58,519 bases of DNA, from NCBI GenBank assembly GCA_004376105.1, contig SOKA01000065.1, forward strand, positions 1 to 58,519. The letters run 5' to 3'. The notes below the pieces were generated by a model. That model ran no database searches, was not told the origin of the DNA, and saw only the letters and a list, made by a program, of their open reading frames with translations. Below, one piece after another: positions 49,143-58,392 of the stretch. Position 1 is the first letter of the stretch. Every line of letters starts with the position of its first letter. The position numbers and the translations under genes are program-made. The DNA is from Dehalococcoidia bacterium (lineage in GTDB: Bacteria; Chloroflexota; Dehalococcoidia; Dehalococcoidales; E44-bin46).

Positions 49143-49171
49143 ATTATAGCATAACTGGGGGTGGCTGTAAA
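49143..49171 (-). promoter_or_regulatory. Candidate rpsO promoter
   Basis: Minus strand TTTACA (49166-49171), 17-nt spacer, TATAAT (49143-49148). Confidence 0.5.
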
Positions 49172-49262
49172 TTCATATAGGCGGTCTCTTTAAAAACCTC
49201 CGTTGAAGGAGTAAGTATTAAGGGAAGGGGTTGATAACTATTTCTCTAGGGCTATTTTAGCC

Positions 49263-49291
49263 TTGACTTGATAACCTTTAGCCAGTATAGT
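49263..49291 (+). promoter_or_regulatory. Candidate promoter for the VOC gene
   Basis: TTGACT (49263-49268), 17-nt spacer, TATAGT (49286-49291). Confidence 0.5.
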
Positions 49292-49322
49292 AAAAGCTGT
49301 ATCTATACCAAGGAGGTTTAAC

Positions 49323-49790
49323 ATGCCATCGGATACTGGCGCTATAGCTCTACCTTCCTCTATTGACCACTTAGGTGTTGTGGTGAAAGATATAGACAAG
49401 ACTATTGAATTCCTCTCCTCAATGTGGGGTCTCGGTCCTTGGCAGAGCCTAGAGTATTCACCTCACAAGGATGAGATAATAGTAGGTGAGCCATTTAAGA
49501 TAAAGATTGCCTGTGCTAAGTTAGGGCCGGTAGTGTTGGAGCTTATTCAGCCGCTAGAGGGAAGGTCACTCTGGTCTCAGTTTCTCGAAACCAAAGGAGA
49601 AGGACTACAGCATGTAGCCTTTAATCTCTCAAATTGGGACGAGATGGTGTCAAAATTACGAGAACGGGGGAGCAAGATGGTGGCTGGTGGTGTCTTTGGG
49701 GGGAAGCGCTGGTGCTATTTTGACACCAAGCCCGGGGGTATTATTGTCGACTTCATGGATAATTTTGGCTTTATGGAAGAGGAAAAGTGA
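49323..49790 (+). CDS. VOC (glyoxalase / methylmalonyl-CoA epimerase-like) family protein
   Basis: 155 aa with IDHLGVVVKD and the GLQHVAF metal-ligand contexts. The SD is AAGGAGG. Confidence 0.75.
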   Translation: MPSDTGAIALPSSIDHLGVVVKDIDKTIEFLSSMWGLGPWQSLEYSPHKDEIIVGEPFKIKIACAKLGPVVLELIQPLEGRSLWSQFLETKGEGLQHVAFNLSNWDEMVSKLRERGSKMVAGGVFGGKRWCYFDTKPGGIIVDFMDNFGFMEEEK

Positions 49791-49801
49791 GAGAGGGGCA
49801 A

Positions 49802-49834
49802 GGCCGAGTAGATGATAACTCCATCTACTCAGCC
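49802..49834 (+). terminator. Stem-loop downstream of the VOC gene (terminator-like, no U-tract)
   Basis: GGCCGAGTAGATG-ATAACTC-CATCTACTCAGCC gives a 13-bp stem with one mismatch. Confidence 0.35.
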
Positions 49835-49972
49835 CTAGCTACGAATTATCTTCCTGAGCCTATTTAGAGATTGAGTGTATAGCTGGGTGGCTATCTTCCT
49901 ATCTGAGTTATCGTATTTTTTGGCAGTATTATAAGCTAAGTTTGATTTATCCGCTATTGGCGGCCATATATT

Positions 49973-50266
49973 ATGAATGTTGGCGTATGTAAGATTGGTC
50001 TCCGTTTACCTGAAAATCTATCTCTCAAGGGTAAGAGGCGGGTGTTGAAATCCATTACTACCCGGGTTGGAAGCCAGTTTAATGTCTCCGTGGCTGAGGT
50101 TGACGACCAGGATTTATGGCAGTTAGCTACACTGGGGATTTGTTGCGTTAGCAATAATAAGCGGTATACTAATGAGGTCCTGTCAAAGGTAGTGGACTTT
50201 ATTGCTGGTAGTCGGTTTGAGGTGGAGATACTTAATTATGAAATTGAGATCCTGCCAGTTTTGTGA
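49973..50266 (+). CDS. DUF503 (YlxP-like) protein
   Basis: 97 aa. LRLPENLSLKGKRRVLKSITTRV...VAEVDDQDLWQ matches the family pattern from memory. Confidence 0.8.
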   Translation: MNVGVCKIGLRLPENLSLKGKRRVLKSITTRVGSQFNVSVAEVDDQDLWQLATLGICCVSNNKRYTNEVLSKVVDFIAGSRFEVEILNYEIEILPVL

Positions 50267-52566
50267 TGAGACCTACAATGGATACCTCAGCCTTCCTTCA
50301 TTATCTTACAGCTCAACCTACTTATAGCGGTCAGATTGCTCATATTGAGCATATTCCAGCCCGTGAGGCGAACTGTGCTGAATTAGATAAGCCTCTAGTT
50401 AGTGGTCTTCAGGATTGCCTCAATGAGCATGGGTTATTACCTCTTTATACTCATCAAGCTGAAGCCATAAATTATGCCCGACAGGGCAGGAATGTGATGG
50501 TGTCAACTTCAAGTGCCAGTGGTAAGACCCTGTGCTATAACATTCCTGTCTTGGAATCAATTTTAACTGAGCCGGGTAGTCGTGCTCTTTACCTGTTTCC
50601 TACCAAGGCATTGGCTCAGGATCAGTTGCGTAATTTAAGGGAGCTGTTTTGGCCTAGTTTATTCAAAATAGGGGAATTTGCCACCTTTGATGGCGATACC
50701 CCTCAGGCTGAGCGAGCTGAGATAAGGAAGCGAGCCAAGGTAATACTTACCAATCCTGATATGCTCCACGTTGGCATACTACCCAATCATCAATCTTGGT
50801 CAAGGTTACTGCGCCACTTGAGGTATGTGGTAGTAGATGAAGCCCATATCTATCGTGGCGTTTTTGGCTCTCACGTAGCCTGTGTGCTGCGTCGCTTGCG
50901 CCGTCTGTGTCAATTTTATGGCTCAAATCCCCAATTCATTTGCTGTTCAGCTACTATAGCTAACCCTGGTGAGCATACAGCAAGACTGGTAGGTTTACCT
51001 TTTGAGATAGTTGACAATGATGGTTCTCCTCAAGGTAGCAAGGACTTTGTCTTCTGGAATCCTCCAATCATAGACGATGCCAGAAGTGTTCGGCGTAGCC
51101 CTAATAGCGAAGCTACAAGCTTATTTACTGAGTTGGTGAGCCGGAATATCCGCAGTCTAACCTTCGCCCATACCCGTCGACTAACCGAACTTATTTATAC
51201 CTACTCAAGGCAGAGGTTAGCCCAAGATAACCCTGCCCTGACCAACAAGATAAAGGCTTATCGAGCTGGCTATCTTCCGCAGGAACGCCGTCAAATAGAG
51301 CAAGAGCTCTTTTCCGGTCAACTTCTGGGCGTGGTTGCCACTACCGCTTTAGAGTTAGGTATAGATATTGGTGACCTGGAGGCTACAGTGCTTACTGGCT
51401 ATCCGGGGAGTATTGCTAGTACTTGGCAGCAAGCAGGTAGGAGTGGCCGAGGTAGAGGTGAGTCTTTAAGTTTTCTTATCGCTCTGGATAATCCTCTGGA
51501 CCAGTATTTTATGCGTCACCCTGATTTCTTTTTTCAAAAAAGCTTTGAGAATGCCTTAGTTAACCCCAGCAATTCCTATATTTTAAGAGCCCATCTCCTG
51601 TGTGCTGCTTGGGAGTTGCCACTAAACAGCGGTGATGAGAACTTTTTTGGCTCTGCCTTAACCCAGGAAAGGGCAGAGATGGAGGGACAGGGCTTACTCA
51701 AAGAACGTAGTGGCAGGTGGCATCTTTCACCGGCTATCGCCTATCCAGCTCAAAGCATCAATATTCGTTCCACCTCTGGGGAAAACTTTGCTATTATTGA
51801 TACCTCAACTGACTCCTTACTGGAGACTGTAGAGGCTAGCGTTGCTTTTTCACAGATACACCCTGGTGCTATCTACCTCCATCAGGGGGAAGCCTATTTA
51901 GTCACCAAGCTTGACCTAGCTAACCGCACTGCTTATGCGGAGCCGACTACTGCCCCTTATTATACCCAGGCTAAGGAAATCACTGATTTGCATATTGTCA
52001 GGGTAACCCGTGATAAAAGCTGCGGGCAGGCAAAGGTATACTTAGGTGAGGTAGAGGTTACTACTACTGTGGTTGGCTTCAAAAAGAAGGCGCAGTTCAC
52101 TGAGGAGGTAATTGGTGAGGAACTCCTTGACTTGCCGCCTCATCATTTTCCCACTGTGGCTTTATGGTTTGACCTCCCACCTGAGGCTATTGCCCGACTG
52201 GTCAAGGCTCAATTAGACTTTGCTGGCGGATTACATGCTGCTGAGCATGCCGCTATTGCTATCCTTCCCTTATTTGCCCTGTGTGACCGTAATGATATTG
52301 GTGGCGTATCCACTCCCTTCCATCCTGATACCGGGAGAGCCCAGATATTTATTTATGATGCTTATCCCGGTGGCATTGGCATTGCTGAGAAGGGTTTTGA
52401 CTTAGTGGAGGAACTCTGGCAGGCTACGCTGAAGGCGGTTACAGAGTGCCTGTGCCAGGAGGGCTGCCCAAGCTGTATCCAGTCGCCCAAGTGTGGCAAT
52501 AATAATAAACCTCTGGATAAGAAGGCAGCCCAGACGCTGCTTGAAAGGCTGTTAGGGGAAAGATGA
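50263..52566 (+). CDS. DEAD/DEAH-box helicase with a C-terminal DUF1998 zinc module (MrfA/YprA-like)
   Basis: 767 aa with Walker A SSASGKTL, VVDEAH, and a C-terminal 4-Cys CLCQEGCPSCIQSPKCGNNNK. Its start overlaps the DUF503 stop. Confidence 0.85.
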   Translation: MMRPTMDTSAFLHYLTAQPTYSGQIAHIEHIPAREANCAELDKPLVSGLQDCLNEHGLLPLYTHQAEAINYARQGRNVMVSTSSASGKTLCYNIPVLESILTEPGSRALYLFPTKALAQDQLRNLRELFWPSLFKIGEFATFDGDTPQAERAEIRKRAKVILTNPDMLHVGILPNHQSWSRLLRHLRYVVVDEAHIYRGVFGSHVACVLRRLRRLCQFYGSNPQFICCSATIANPGEHTARLVGLPFEIVDNDGSPQGSKDFVFWNPPIIDDARSVRRSPNSEATSLFTELVSRNIRSLTFAHTRRLTELIYTYSRQRLAQDNPALTNKIKAYRAGYLPQERRQIEQELFSGQLLGVVATTALELGIDIGDLEATVLTGYPGSIASTWQQAGRSGRGRGESLSFLIALDNPLDQYFMRHPDFFFQKSFENALVNPSNSYILRAHLLCAAWELPLNSGDENFFGSALTQERAEMEGQGLLKERSGRWHLSPAIAYPAQSINIRSTSGENFAIIDTSTDSLLETVEASVAFSQIHPGAIYLHQGEAYLVTKLDLANRTAYAEPTTAPYYTQAKEITDLHIVRVTRDKSCGQAKVYLGEVEVTTTVVGFKKKAQFTEEVIGEELLDLPPHHFPTVALWFDLPPEAIARLVKAQLDFAGGLHAAEHAAIAILPLFALCDRNDIGGVSTPFHPDTGRAQIFIYDAYPGGIGIAEKGFDLVEELWQATLKAVTECLCQEGCPSCIQSPKCGNNNKPLDKKAAQTLLERLLGER

Positions 52567-53345
52567 TTACCATAAGCATAGACCCGATAGCCTTTCACAT
52601 AGGCTCAATGGAGGTTAGGTGGTATGGCATTCTTATTGCCCTGGCTGTTGCGGCAATCATCTTGTGGATGACGCGACAAATAATAAGAAAAAGGGCTGAT
52701 TTACCTAGCCCTCCTGACCCTACTGTAGCACTTATTGCCATTCCGTCAGGGATTGTAGTATCGAAATTATTCCATGTTATTGATAAATGGGATTATTACA
52801 GCCAGAACCCGGGGCAGATTTTTAGCGGTGCTGGCCTAAGCATCTACGGTGCTGTCTTAGGTGTCACCCTGTTTTTCTGGATTTATAGCAAGGTAAAGCA
52901 TTATCAGTATGGTTTCTTTGCCGATTTGGTAGCACCAGGCATTATATTAGCTCAGGCTATAGGCAGGGTAGGCTGCACTATAAATGGTTGCTGCTACGGC
53001 CTACCAGCGCCAGCTTGGCTACCCTGGAGCGTAGTTTATACCCACCCTGATAGCATTGCCCCCCTTGGAATAGCTCTTCATCCCACGCAGGTTTACGAAA
53101 TTATATTTTGTCTAATAGGTTTCGCCGTATTGCTCAAATTAAGAGGACGGCTCAAACCTGATGGCTCACTATTTCTTGTCTACCTTACTTTATACTCGGC
53201 ATGGCGGGTTGGTATTGATTTCCTGCGAGATGGGACACCTTTTCTCCTTGGTTTACATCAGGCTCAATTTATAGCCATAGTAGTCTTAGCTATCACTATC
53301 CCCCTGCTGGCTTTAAGGACACGCTGGGTTAGGGCAGCAAGCTAA
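52563..53345 (+). CDS. lgt: Prolipoprotein diacylglyceryl transferase
   Basis: 260 aa polytopic protein with GRVGCTINGCCYG and HPTQVYE. Its start overlaps the helicase stop (ATGA). Confidence 0.9.
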   Translation: MITISIDPIAFHIGSMEVRWYGILIALAVAAIILWMTRQIIRKRADLPSPPDPTVALIAIPSGIVVSKLFHVIDKWDYYSQNPGQIFSGAGLSIYGAVLGVTLFFWIYSKVKHYQYGFFADLVAPGIILAQAIGRVGCTINGCCYGLPAPAWLPWSVVYTHPDSIAPLGIALHPTQVYEIIFCLIGFAVLLKLRGRLKPDGSLFLVYLTLYSAWRVGIDFLRDGTPFLLGLHQAQFIAIVVLAITIPLLALRTRWVRAAS

Positions 53346-53460
53346 ATAAAGGGAGAAAACGAAAGTGGTACTATGTATGATGAAGAGCAATGATTTATGG
53401 TGTATTTACAAGTAGCGGATGGGTTTAGGTTCAAAAAGCATTGTAAAGTGGGGAAGGTTG

Positions 53461-54240
53461 ATGGATACTTTAACCAACGAGGTTGTCACTTGGCTAAAGG
53501 CCAACGGAGCCAGCGTAGTCGGCATTTCAAATGTGGAAAGATTTGATGGTGCTCCGAGAGGACATCACCCACGCGATTTCCTTCACGAGGCAATGTCCGT
53601 CGTCACCTTTGGCGTAGCCCTGCTGCACCAGGCACTCTACTGGGAAGGGCATCTGGTCAACTCCGAGCTAGTGTCTCCGGAACACCAAAAGGACGTGCTC
53701 CAAAACTATTTTTATAGGCAGACCGGCTACGCCATGGTAAACCAGCTCCTTGACATGATGGCCCTGCGTGTATCGAACTTTCTGGAGAGTCGGGGTTACC
53801 TCTCTTTGTTCTTTCCCGCAACCTATGGGACCCGGGAGATATGGAAATTTATCAGAGATAGGATTCCATCGAAGTCGGGGCTGTTTTCGCAGCGCCACGC
53901 TGCAGTAAACACCGGCCTGGGTGAATTTGGTCTAAACAATCTGGTGATTACACCCGAATATGGACCTCGCATAAGGTTCAACTCGGTGATAACCGAGGCC
54001 GAGCTTACGCCTAGCCCGCTCCTTGAAGAGAAGGTATGTTTAGGCGAAAGTTGCTCTATCTGCTTGCAGAATTGCCCTGGTGCTATTTCCCTGCGCCCAG
54101 ATTTCGAGCCCGGGGGCGTATGGTACAATACGCCGGCGCGGACCGATACAGATGCTTGCGTACAGCTAAGCGACCTGCACTACTGTCTAGGTAGATGTAT
54201 GAAAGTCTGTCCTGTGGCACAGGAGTCATCGAAGTACTAG
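53461..54240 (+). CDS. QueG/RdhA-superfamily Fe-S protein (short form, no signal peptide visible)
   Basis: 259 aa from ATG 53461. It has the core SQRHAAVNTGLGEFGLNNLVITPEYGPRIRFNSV, and the Cys motifs CSICLQNCP and CLGRCMKVCP. Confidence 0.55.
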   Translation: MDTLTNEVVTWLKANGASVVGISNVERFDGAPRGHHPRDFLHEAMSVVTFGVALLHQALYWEGHLVNSELVSPEHQKDVLQNYFYRQTGYAMVNQLLDMMALRVSNFLESRGYLSLFFPATYGTREIWKFIRDRIPSKSGLFSQRHAAVNTGLGEFGLNNLVITPEYGPRIRFNSVITEAELTPSPLLEEKVCLGESCSICLQNCPGAISLRPDFEPGGVWYNTPARTDTDACVQLSDLHYCLGRCMKVCPVAQESSKY

Positions 54241-55952
54241 CTGGTGGCTAAATTAGAAATAGCTGGGGCAAAATCCAAGATACTAAGCCGTAGCCTCTCC
54301 TCCCCACCCCAGCGGTCTACTTCCAGGTTATAGACAATGTCAAGGGGGGAGGATACCTCTGTTAGATAGTTACCCAATCTAAAAGCTACCCCGTTCCAAA
54401 CAGTGCCACCCTGCTTTAGTTTCAGCCTCAGGTGCTCGCTACTACTGCCCATTGTCTGACAATCAATGACCTCTACTCCCCGGCTGAGGAAGGTAGGCAC
54501 TGGATTACTACGACCGAAAGGAGCTAGCTGTTGAATTGATTGGAAAGTATCTCCGGCGAGGTCGGGCAGTGTAATCTCAGCATCAATATCCAGGTGAGGA
54601 CGAAGGTCAACCCCGGCTAGCTCAGTAGATGCCAGTTGCAGGAGTGTTTGCTTAAGACGAGCCAGATTCTTAGTCGGTAGGCTAAAACCGGCGGCTTGAG
54701 CGTGTCCACCAAAATAAGAGAATAAACTACTGCACTGTTTCAAGGCATGGATGATATTAAACTCGGGGATGCTCCGACAACTACCACTGCTTACCTGCTT
54801 ACCGGTTTTGATCACAATTGCCGGGCGGTAAAATTCCTCTGAAAGCTTGCTGGCTGCCAGTCCCACGATTCCAGCCGGGTAGTCCTCGTCGCCGGTTATC
54901 AAAAGTGGTGAAATCCCCTCAGCCAGTATTTGCTCCCTAGCTTTGGTTAAGACCTTAGTGGTTATTCTTTGCCGTTCAGCATTTTTTTGTTCCAGCCATA
55001 TGCTTAGCTCGCGCGCCTCCTGTGGTGAGTTTGTCATCAGCAGTTTGTAGCTGGTCATAGCATGTTCCAATCTGCCAGCAGTGTTTAACCGTGGGGCTAT
55101 GCCCCAGGAGATACTTTTAGTATCAAGGCTGCCAATGTTTAATCCAGCCCGGGTTATCACTTCTCTAACTCCAAGGCGGGGGGTGGCATTAATTAGTTTC
55201 AGTCCTTGCTTAACCAGGTATCGATTTTCCCCCAGTAAAGGCATCATATCAGCTATAGTCCCCATGGCTACCAGGTCTATTAGTTCATCCAATTGCTTCT
55301 CTTTCCCAATGCCCTGGAACAGAGCCTGAAGAAGCTTGAAGGCTACCCCGACGCCAGCCAGTTCTGGGAAGGGGTAGTTTGAGTTGGGTAGTTTAGGATT
55401 AACCACGGCAATAGCTGGTGGGATTATGGCCAGAGGGGTATGATGGTCGGTAATAACTATATCAAGCCCCATCCTTTGTGCCTTCTTGACCTCAGGTAGG
55501 GCAGTGATTCCACAATCAACGGTGATAACCAGGCTAATGCCTTGCTGGTGAAGCTTCTCCAAGGCGGTTATTTTGAGTCCGTAGCCTTCGGTCAGGCGAT
55601 GTGGTATGTAAGGAATAGCCTTAGCGCCAAGGCTTGATAGCCCCTGGACTAGCAGGGCAGTCCCGGTGATGCCATCAACATCAAAGTCTCCATAGATAGC
55701 AATGTTTTCACCGGAAAGCAAAGCCTGGTAAATCCTGGCTACCGCCCGGTGCATATCAAGCAGCAGGAGGGGGTTACCTGACAGGCATTTATCAGCAGTG
55801 ATGAATGATTCTAACTGCGATGGTTCAGTGAGACCACGATTATACAGGAGCTGGGCTATCAGTGGAGGAAAGCCTGAAGTGTTAGCCAAATATTGGGCTG
55901 GAGCTGGTGGTAGAAGATTCCAACGACTATGATTCAAGTTTATACCTCGCAA
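54237..55952 (-). CDS. recJ: Single-stranded-DNA-specific exonuclease RecJ
   Basis: 571 aa with the DHH motifs DFDVDGITG, VDCG and TDHHTP, plus a DHHA1 GGH motif. Confidence 0.92.
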   Translation of the reverse strand: MRGINLNHSRWNLLPPAPAQYLANTSGFPPLIAQLLYNRGLTEPSQLESFITADKCLSGNPLLLLDMHRAVARIYQALLSGENIAIYGDFDVDGITGTALLVQGLSSLGAKAIPYIPHRLTEGYGLKITALEKLHQQGISLVITVDCGITALPEVKKAQRMGLDIVITDHHTPLAIIPPAIAVVNPKLPNSNYPFPELAGVGVAFKLLQALFQGIGKEKQLDELIDLVAMGTIADMMPLLGENRYLVKQGLKLINATPRLGVREVITRAGLNIGSLDTKSISWGIAPRLNTAGRLEHAMTSYKLLMTNSPQEARELSIWLEQKNAERQRITTKVLTKAREQILAEGISPLLITGDEDYPAGIVGLAASKLSEEFYRPAIVIKTGKQVSSGSCRSIPEFNIIHALKQCSSLFSYFGGHAQAAGFSLPTKNLARLKQTLLQLASTELAGVDLRPHLDIDAEITLPDLAGDTFQSIQQLAPFGRSNPVPTFLSRGVEVIDCQTMGSSSEHLRLKLKQGGTVWNGVAFRLGNYLTEVSSPLDIVYNLEVDRWGGEERLRLSILDFAPAISNLATS

Positions 55953-57193
55953 TATTGTCGAAAGACCAGAACTGAATTATGACCACCAAAGCCAAAAGAA
56001 TTAGACAGAGCGGTGGTAACCTTGGCTTGGCGGGCTATATTAGGCACATAATCTAAATCGCATTCAGGGTCGGGGTGAGTAAGGTTTATCGTCGGTGGTA
56101 TTATGCCGTGCTGGATAACCATAATGCATATTGCTGCCTCAATAGCACCAGCACCTCCAAGGAGATGCCCCATCATTGACTTGGTTGAGCTTATTGGAAT
56201 GTGATAGGCAGTGTCGCCAAACACGGCCTTTATCGCTTTGGTTTCCATTTTGTCGTTTAGTGGGGTAGACGTGCCATGAGCATTAATATAATCAATTTCA
56301 GTAATAGCCAGTCCGGCTTTATTAAGTGCCATCTGCATAGCCCTTACTGTCCCCCCCCCATCTTTAATCGGCTGGGTGACGTGGTAGGCATCACTGCTGA
56401 CTCCGTAGCCTATAATTTCAGCCAGAATGTTAGCCCCTCGCCTTTGGGCGAAGGCGAGGTCTTCCAGCATAAGGACAGCAGCTCCTTCACTGAGGACGAA
56501 GCCCTCACGTTCAGCATCGAAGGGTCGTGAGGCTAGCTGGGGCTCACTATTTCGTGTAGAGAGAGCTCTGAGAGCATTGAAGGCAGCAATCCCTATCGGG
56601 GTTACCGCTGCCTCACTGCCACCAGTGAGCATGGCTTGGGCGTCACCACGCCTGATGATTTCATAAGCAACGCCTATGGCATCTGAGCCACTGGAGCAGG
56701 CTGATGCGGTGCAAAAGTTTGGTCCCTTAGCTCCAAGCACGATTGATACCTGGGCTGAAGCCATATCGGCAGCCATCATTGGTGCTAGGAAGGGGCTTAC
56801 TTTATCCGGTCCCTTTTCTAGCAGTATTCTTATTTGTTCAGATAGGGTAAGCAATCCCCCGAACCCGCTGCCAATTATGACACCGATATTATCCTGATTG
56901 GTGGGGTTAATTTGAATTCCGGCTTGCTTTACTGCCTGCAGGCTGGCAGCTACCGCCAATTGAGCGAAGCGGTCCAGGTGACGAGCTTCCCTGCGGCTTA
57001 TATAGTCAGTGGGTTCAAATCCTTTTACCTCACCGGCAAACTTGGTATCAAAGGGCTCAGGGTCAAATAGGGTGATGTAATCAATGCCAGACTTACCAGC
57101 AATCAGGGCTTCCCAAGTAGAGGAGGCATTCAGCCCGACTGGACACGATATACCTATGCCAGTGACCACAACTCTGTTGTTTATTGTTGACAC
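55940..57193 (-). CDS. fabF: 3-oxoacyl-ACP synthase II
   Basis: 417 aa with the active-site Cys in ACSSGSDAIG and His in NAHGTST and GHLLGGAG. Confidence 0.93.
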   Translation of the reverse strand: MSTINNRVVVTGIGISCPVGLNASSTWEALIAGKSGIDYITLFDPEPFDTKFAGEVKGFEPTDYISRREARHLDRFAQLAVAASLQAVKQAGIQINPTNQDNIGVIIGSGFGGLLTLSEQIRILLEKGPDKVSPFLAPMMAADMASAQVSIVLGAKGPNFCTASACSSGSDAIGVAYEIIRRGDAQAMLTGGSEAAVTPIGIAAFNALRALSTRNSEPQLASRPFDAEREGFVLSEGAAVLMLEDLAFAQRRGANILAEIIGYGVSSDAYHVTQPIKDGGGTVRAMQMALNKAGLAITEIDYINAHGTSTPLNDKMETKAIKAVFGDTAYHIPISSTKSMMGHLLGGAGAIEAAICIMVIQHGIIPPTINLTHPDPECDLDYVPNIARQAKVTTALSNSFGFGGHNSVLVFRQYCEV

Positions 57194-57213
57194 CCCGTCT
57201 AAAGTCTAGGGCT

Positions 57214-57561
57214 TTAGAGAACCATTTTTCTCTTTTGCTGTTTAAACCACTCCCGACTATCATCAACCTTGGGAAGGTTGTCCAGCTCCGCTTCGTTATC
57301 AGCAATGAACTTCTTGCCCTTTTCCGTGGGTTCTACTTGCAAAATATAGGTCTTCCACGCTAGATAACCCCGGTCAACCAATCCCTCTAGGACATCAGCA
57401 AATTCTCTAACCGTCGGCTCTGTCCAGAGGGTCGGTCCGGGGGCATCATAATCCGAAATTATCGTCCGGCAATGTTTGCCAATATCGGTGCGCTCAATCA
57501 TCTCTTTACGCACCGCATCCATTATCGCCATTTCCATTAATGTTAGCTTTTCTTCAGCCAT
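57214..57561 (-). CDS. Hypothetical protein (115 aa from ATG 57561); no family recognised
   Basis: An open frame with GGGAGG upstream at a long spacing. The longer 153-aa version would overlap the upstream gene. Confidence 0.45.
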   Translation of the reverse strand: MAEEKLTLMEMAIMDAVRKEMIERTDIGKHCRTIISDYDAPGPTLWTEPTVREFADVLEGLVDRGYLAWKTYILQVEPTEKGKKFIADNEAELDNLPKVDDSREWFKQQKRKMVL

Positions 57562-57614
57562 GACTAAGCTAATCCTCCCTTTCAAAAAGTAACCACAAAG
57601 TGGTAAGGTAGTGG

Positions 57615-58328
57615 TCAACTCTCTGGTTTCATCGATTCCGTTAGTTGCTGTAATTCCCAAGTCCGATTGTACCAAGGGAAACCCATCAGCGGGGTAACAA
57701 TCCCCCTCTGCCTTCTCCAGCGCAAAATTATCTCACAAGTTATCTCCGCCGTCAGGGCACACAGCTCAGCAGCGTAGGTAGACCACATTGAGAAAACCTC
57801 GCCCGATCTAATCCGCTCCACCTGCATGGGGTCGATACGGTCAACCGGGGCAAGGCGCTTGCCAAAATGCGCATCACACAAATCACCACAGCGGATTAGA
57901 CCAGCGGTACGTTCGGCAAACCGCTCCATAAGTTCACGCAACCGCGCCTGGGCCAAGGTAAAACTGCTATGCCCTCTAGAGCGAGGTCCGCCTTCCTCAG
58001 TAAAGTCCACTCGCCCAAACTCCAGACCAAGGGCGGCAATTCCTCCCACCAGCGCACAGCAAATCTCGTTACCGCCAAAGCCTCCGGTGAGGGTGGTCAT
58101 GGCCACTACCGACTCCCTAGTCCCCAGACCAAGATGAAGCGATAGGGGATATAAAACTGTCTGACCACAAGACCGATATTTAAGCTGTAACTCCCATGAG
58201 TCCCGCACCACCCTCCTTATTATCGCTTCGTCATCCGTTTCATCCTGACTCCAGAACTGCCAGTCCTTCCTGTGCTGCTCATCCTTGAAGACATCCGTTA
58301 AATGAACCATCAGCTTTCCATATACCAT
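57615..58328 (-). CDS. C_GCAxxG_C_C family (putative redox-active) protein with N- and C-terminal extensions
   Basis: 237 aa with SCGQTVL...GGFGGNEICCALVGG...CGDLC. The SD is GGAGGTG. Confidence 0.62.
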   Translation of the reverse strand: MVYGKLMVHLTDVFKDEQHRKDWQFWSQDETDDEAIIRRVVRDSWELQLKYRSCGQTVLYPLSLHLGLGTRESVVAMTTLTGGFGGNEICCALVGGIAALGLEFGRVDFTEEGGPRSRGHSSFTLAQARLRELMERFAERTAGLIRCGDLCDAHFGKRLAPVDRIDPMQVERIRSGEVFSMWSTYAAELCALTAEITCEIILRWRRQRGIVTPLMGFPWYNRTWELQQLTESMKPES

Positions 58329-58363
58329 TTACCAACTCACCTCCGTGGTTTCTTTTAATGGAC

Positions 58364-58392
58364 ATTATACTGTATCTCCCCCTGCTCTTCAA
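58364..58392 (-). promoter_or_regulatory. Candidate promoter for the C_GCAxxG_C_C gene
   Basis: Minus strand TTGAAG (58387-58392), 17-nt spacer, TATAAT (58364-58369). Confidence 0.45.

Noticed and set aside
50263-52566. A helicase plus DUF1998, read as a DISARM (DrmA/DrmB) remnant.
   Set aside because: The fused helicase-DUF1998 of about 770 aa matches the MrfA/YprA repair-helicase layout. No methyltransferase, PLD nuclease or other DISARM components are nearby. The flanking genes are DUF503 and lgt.
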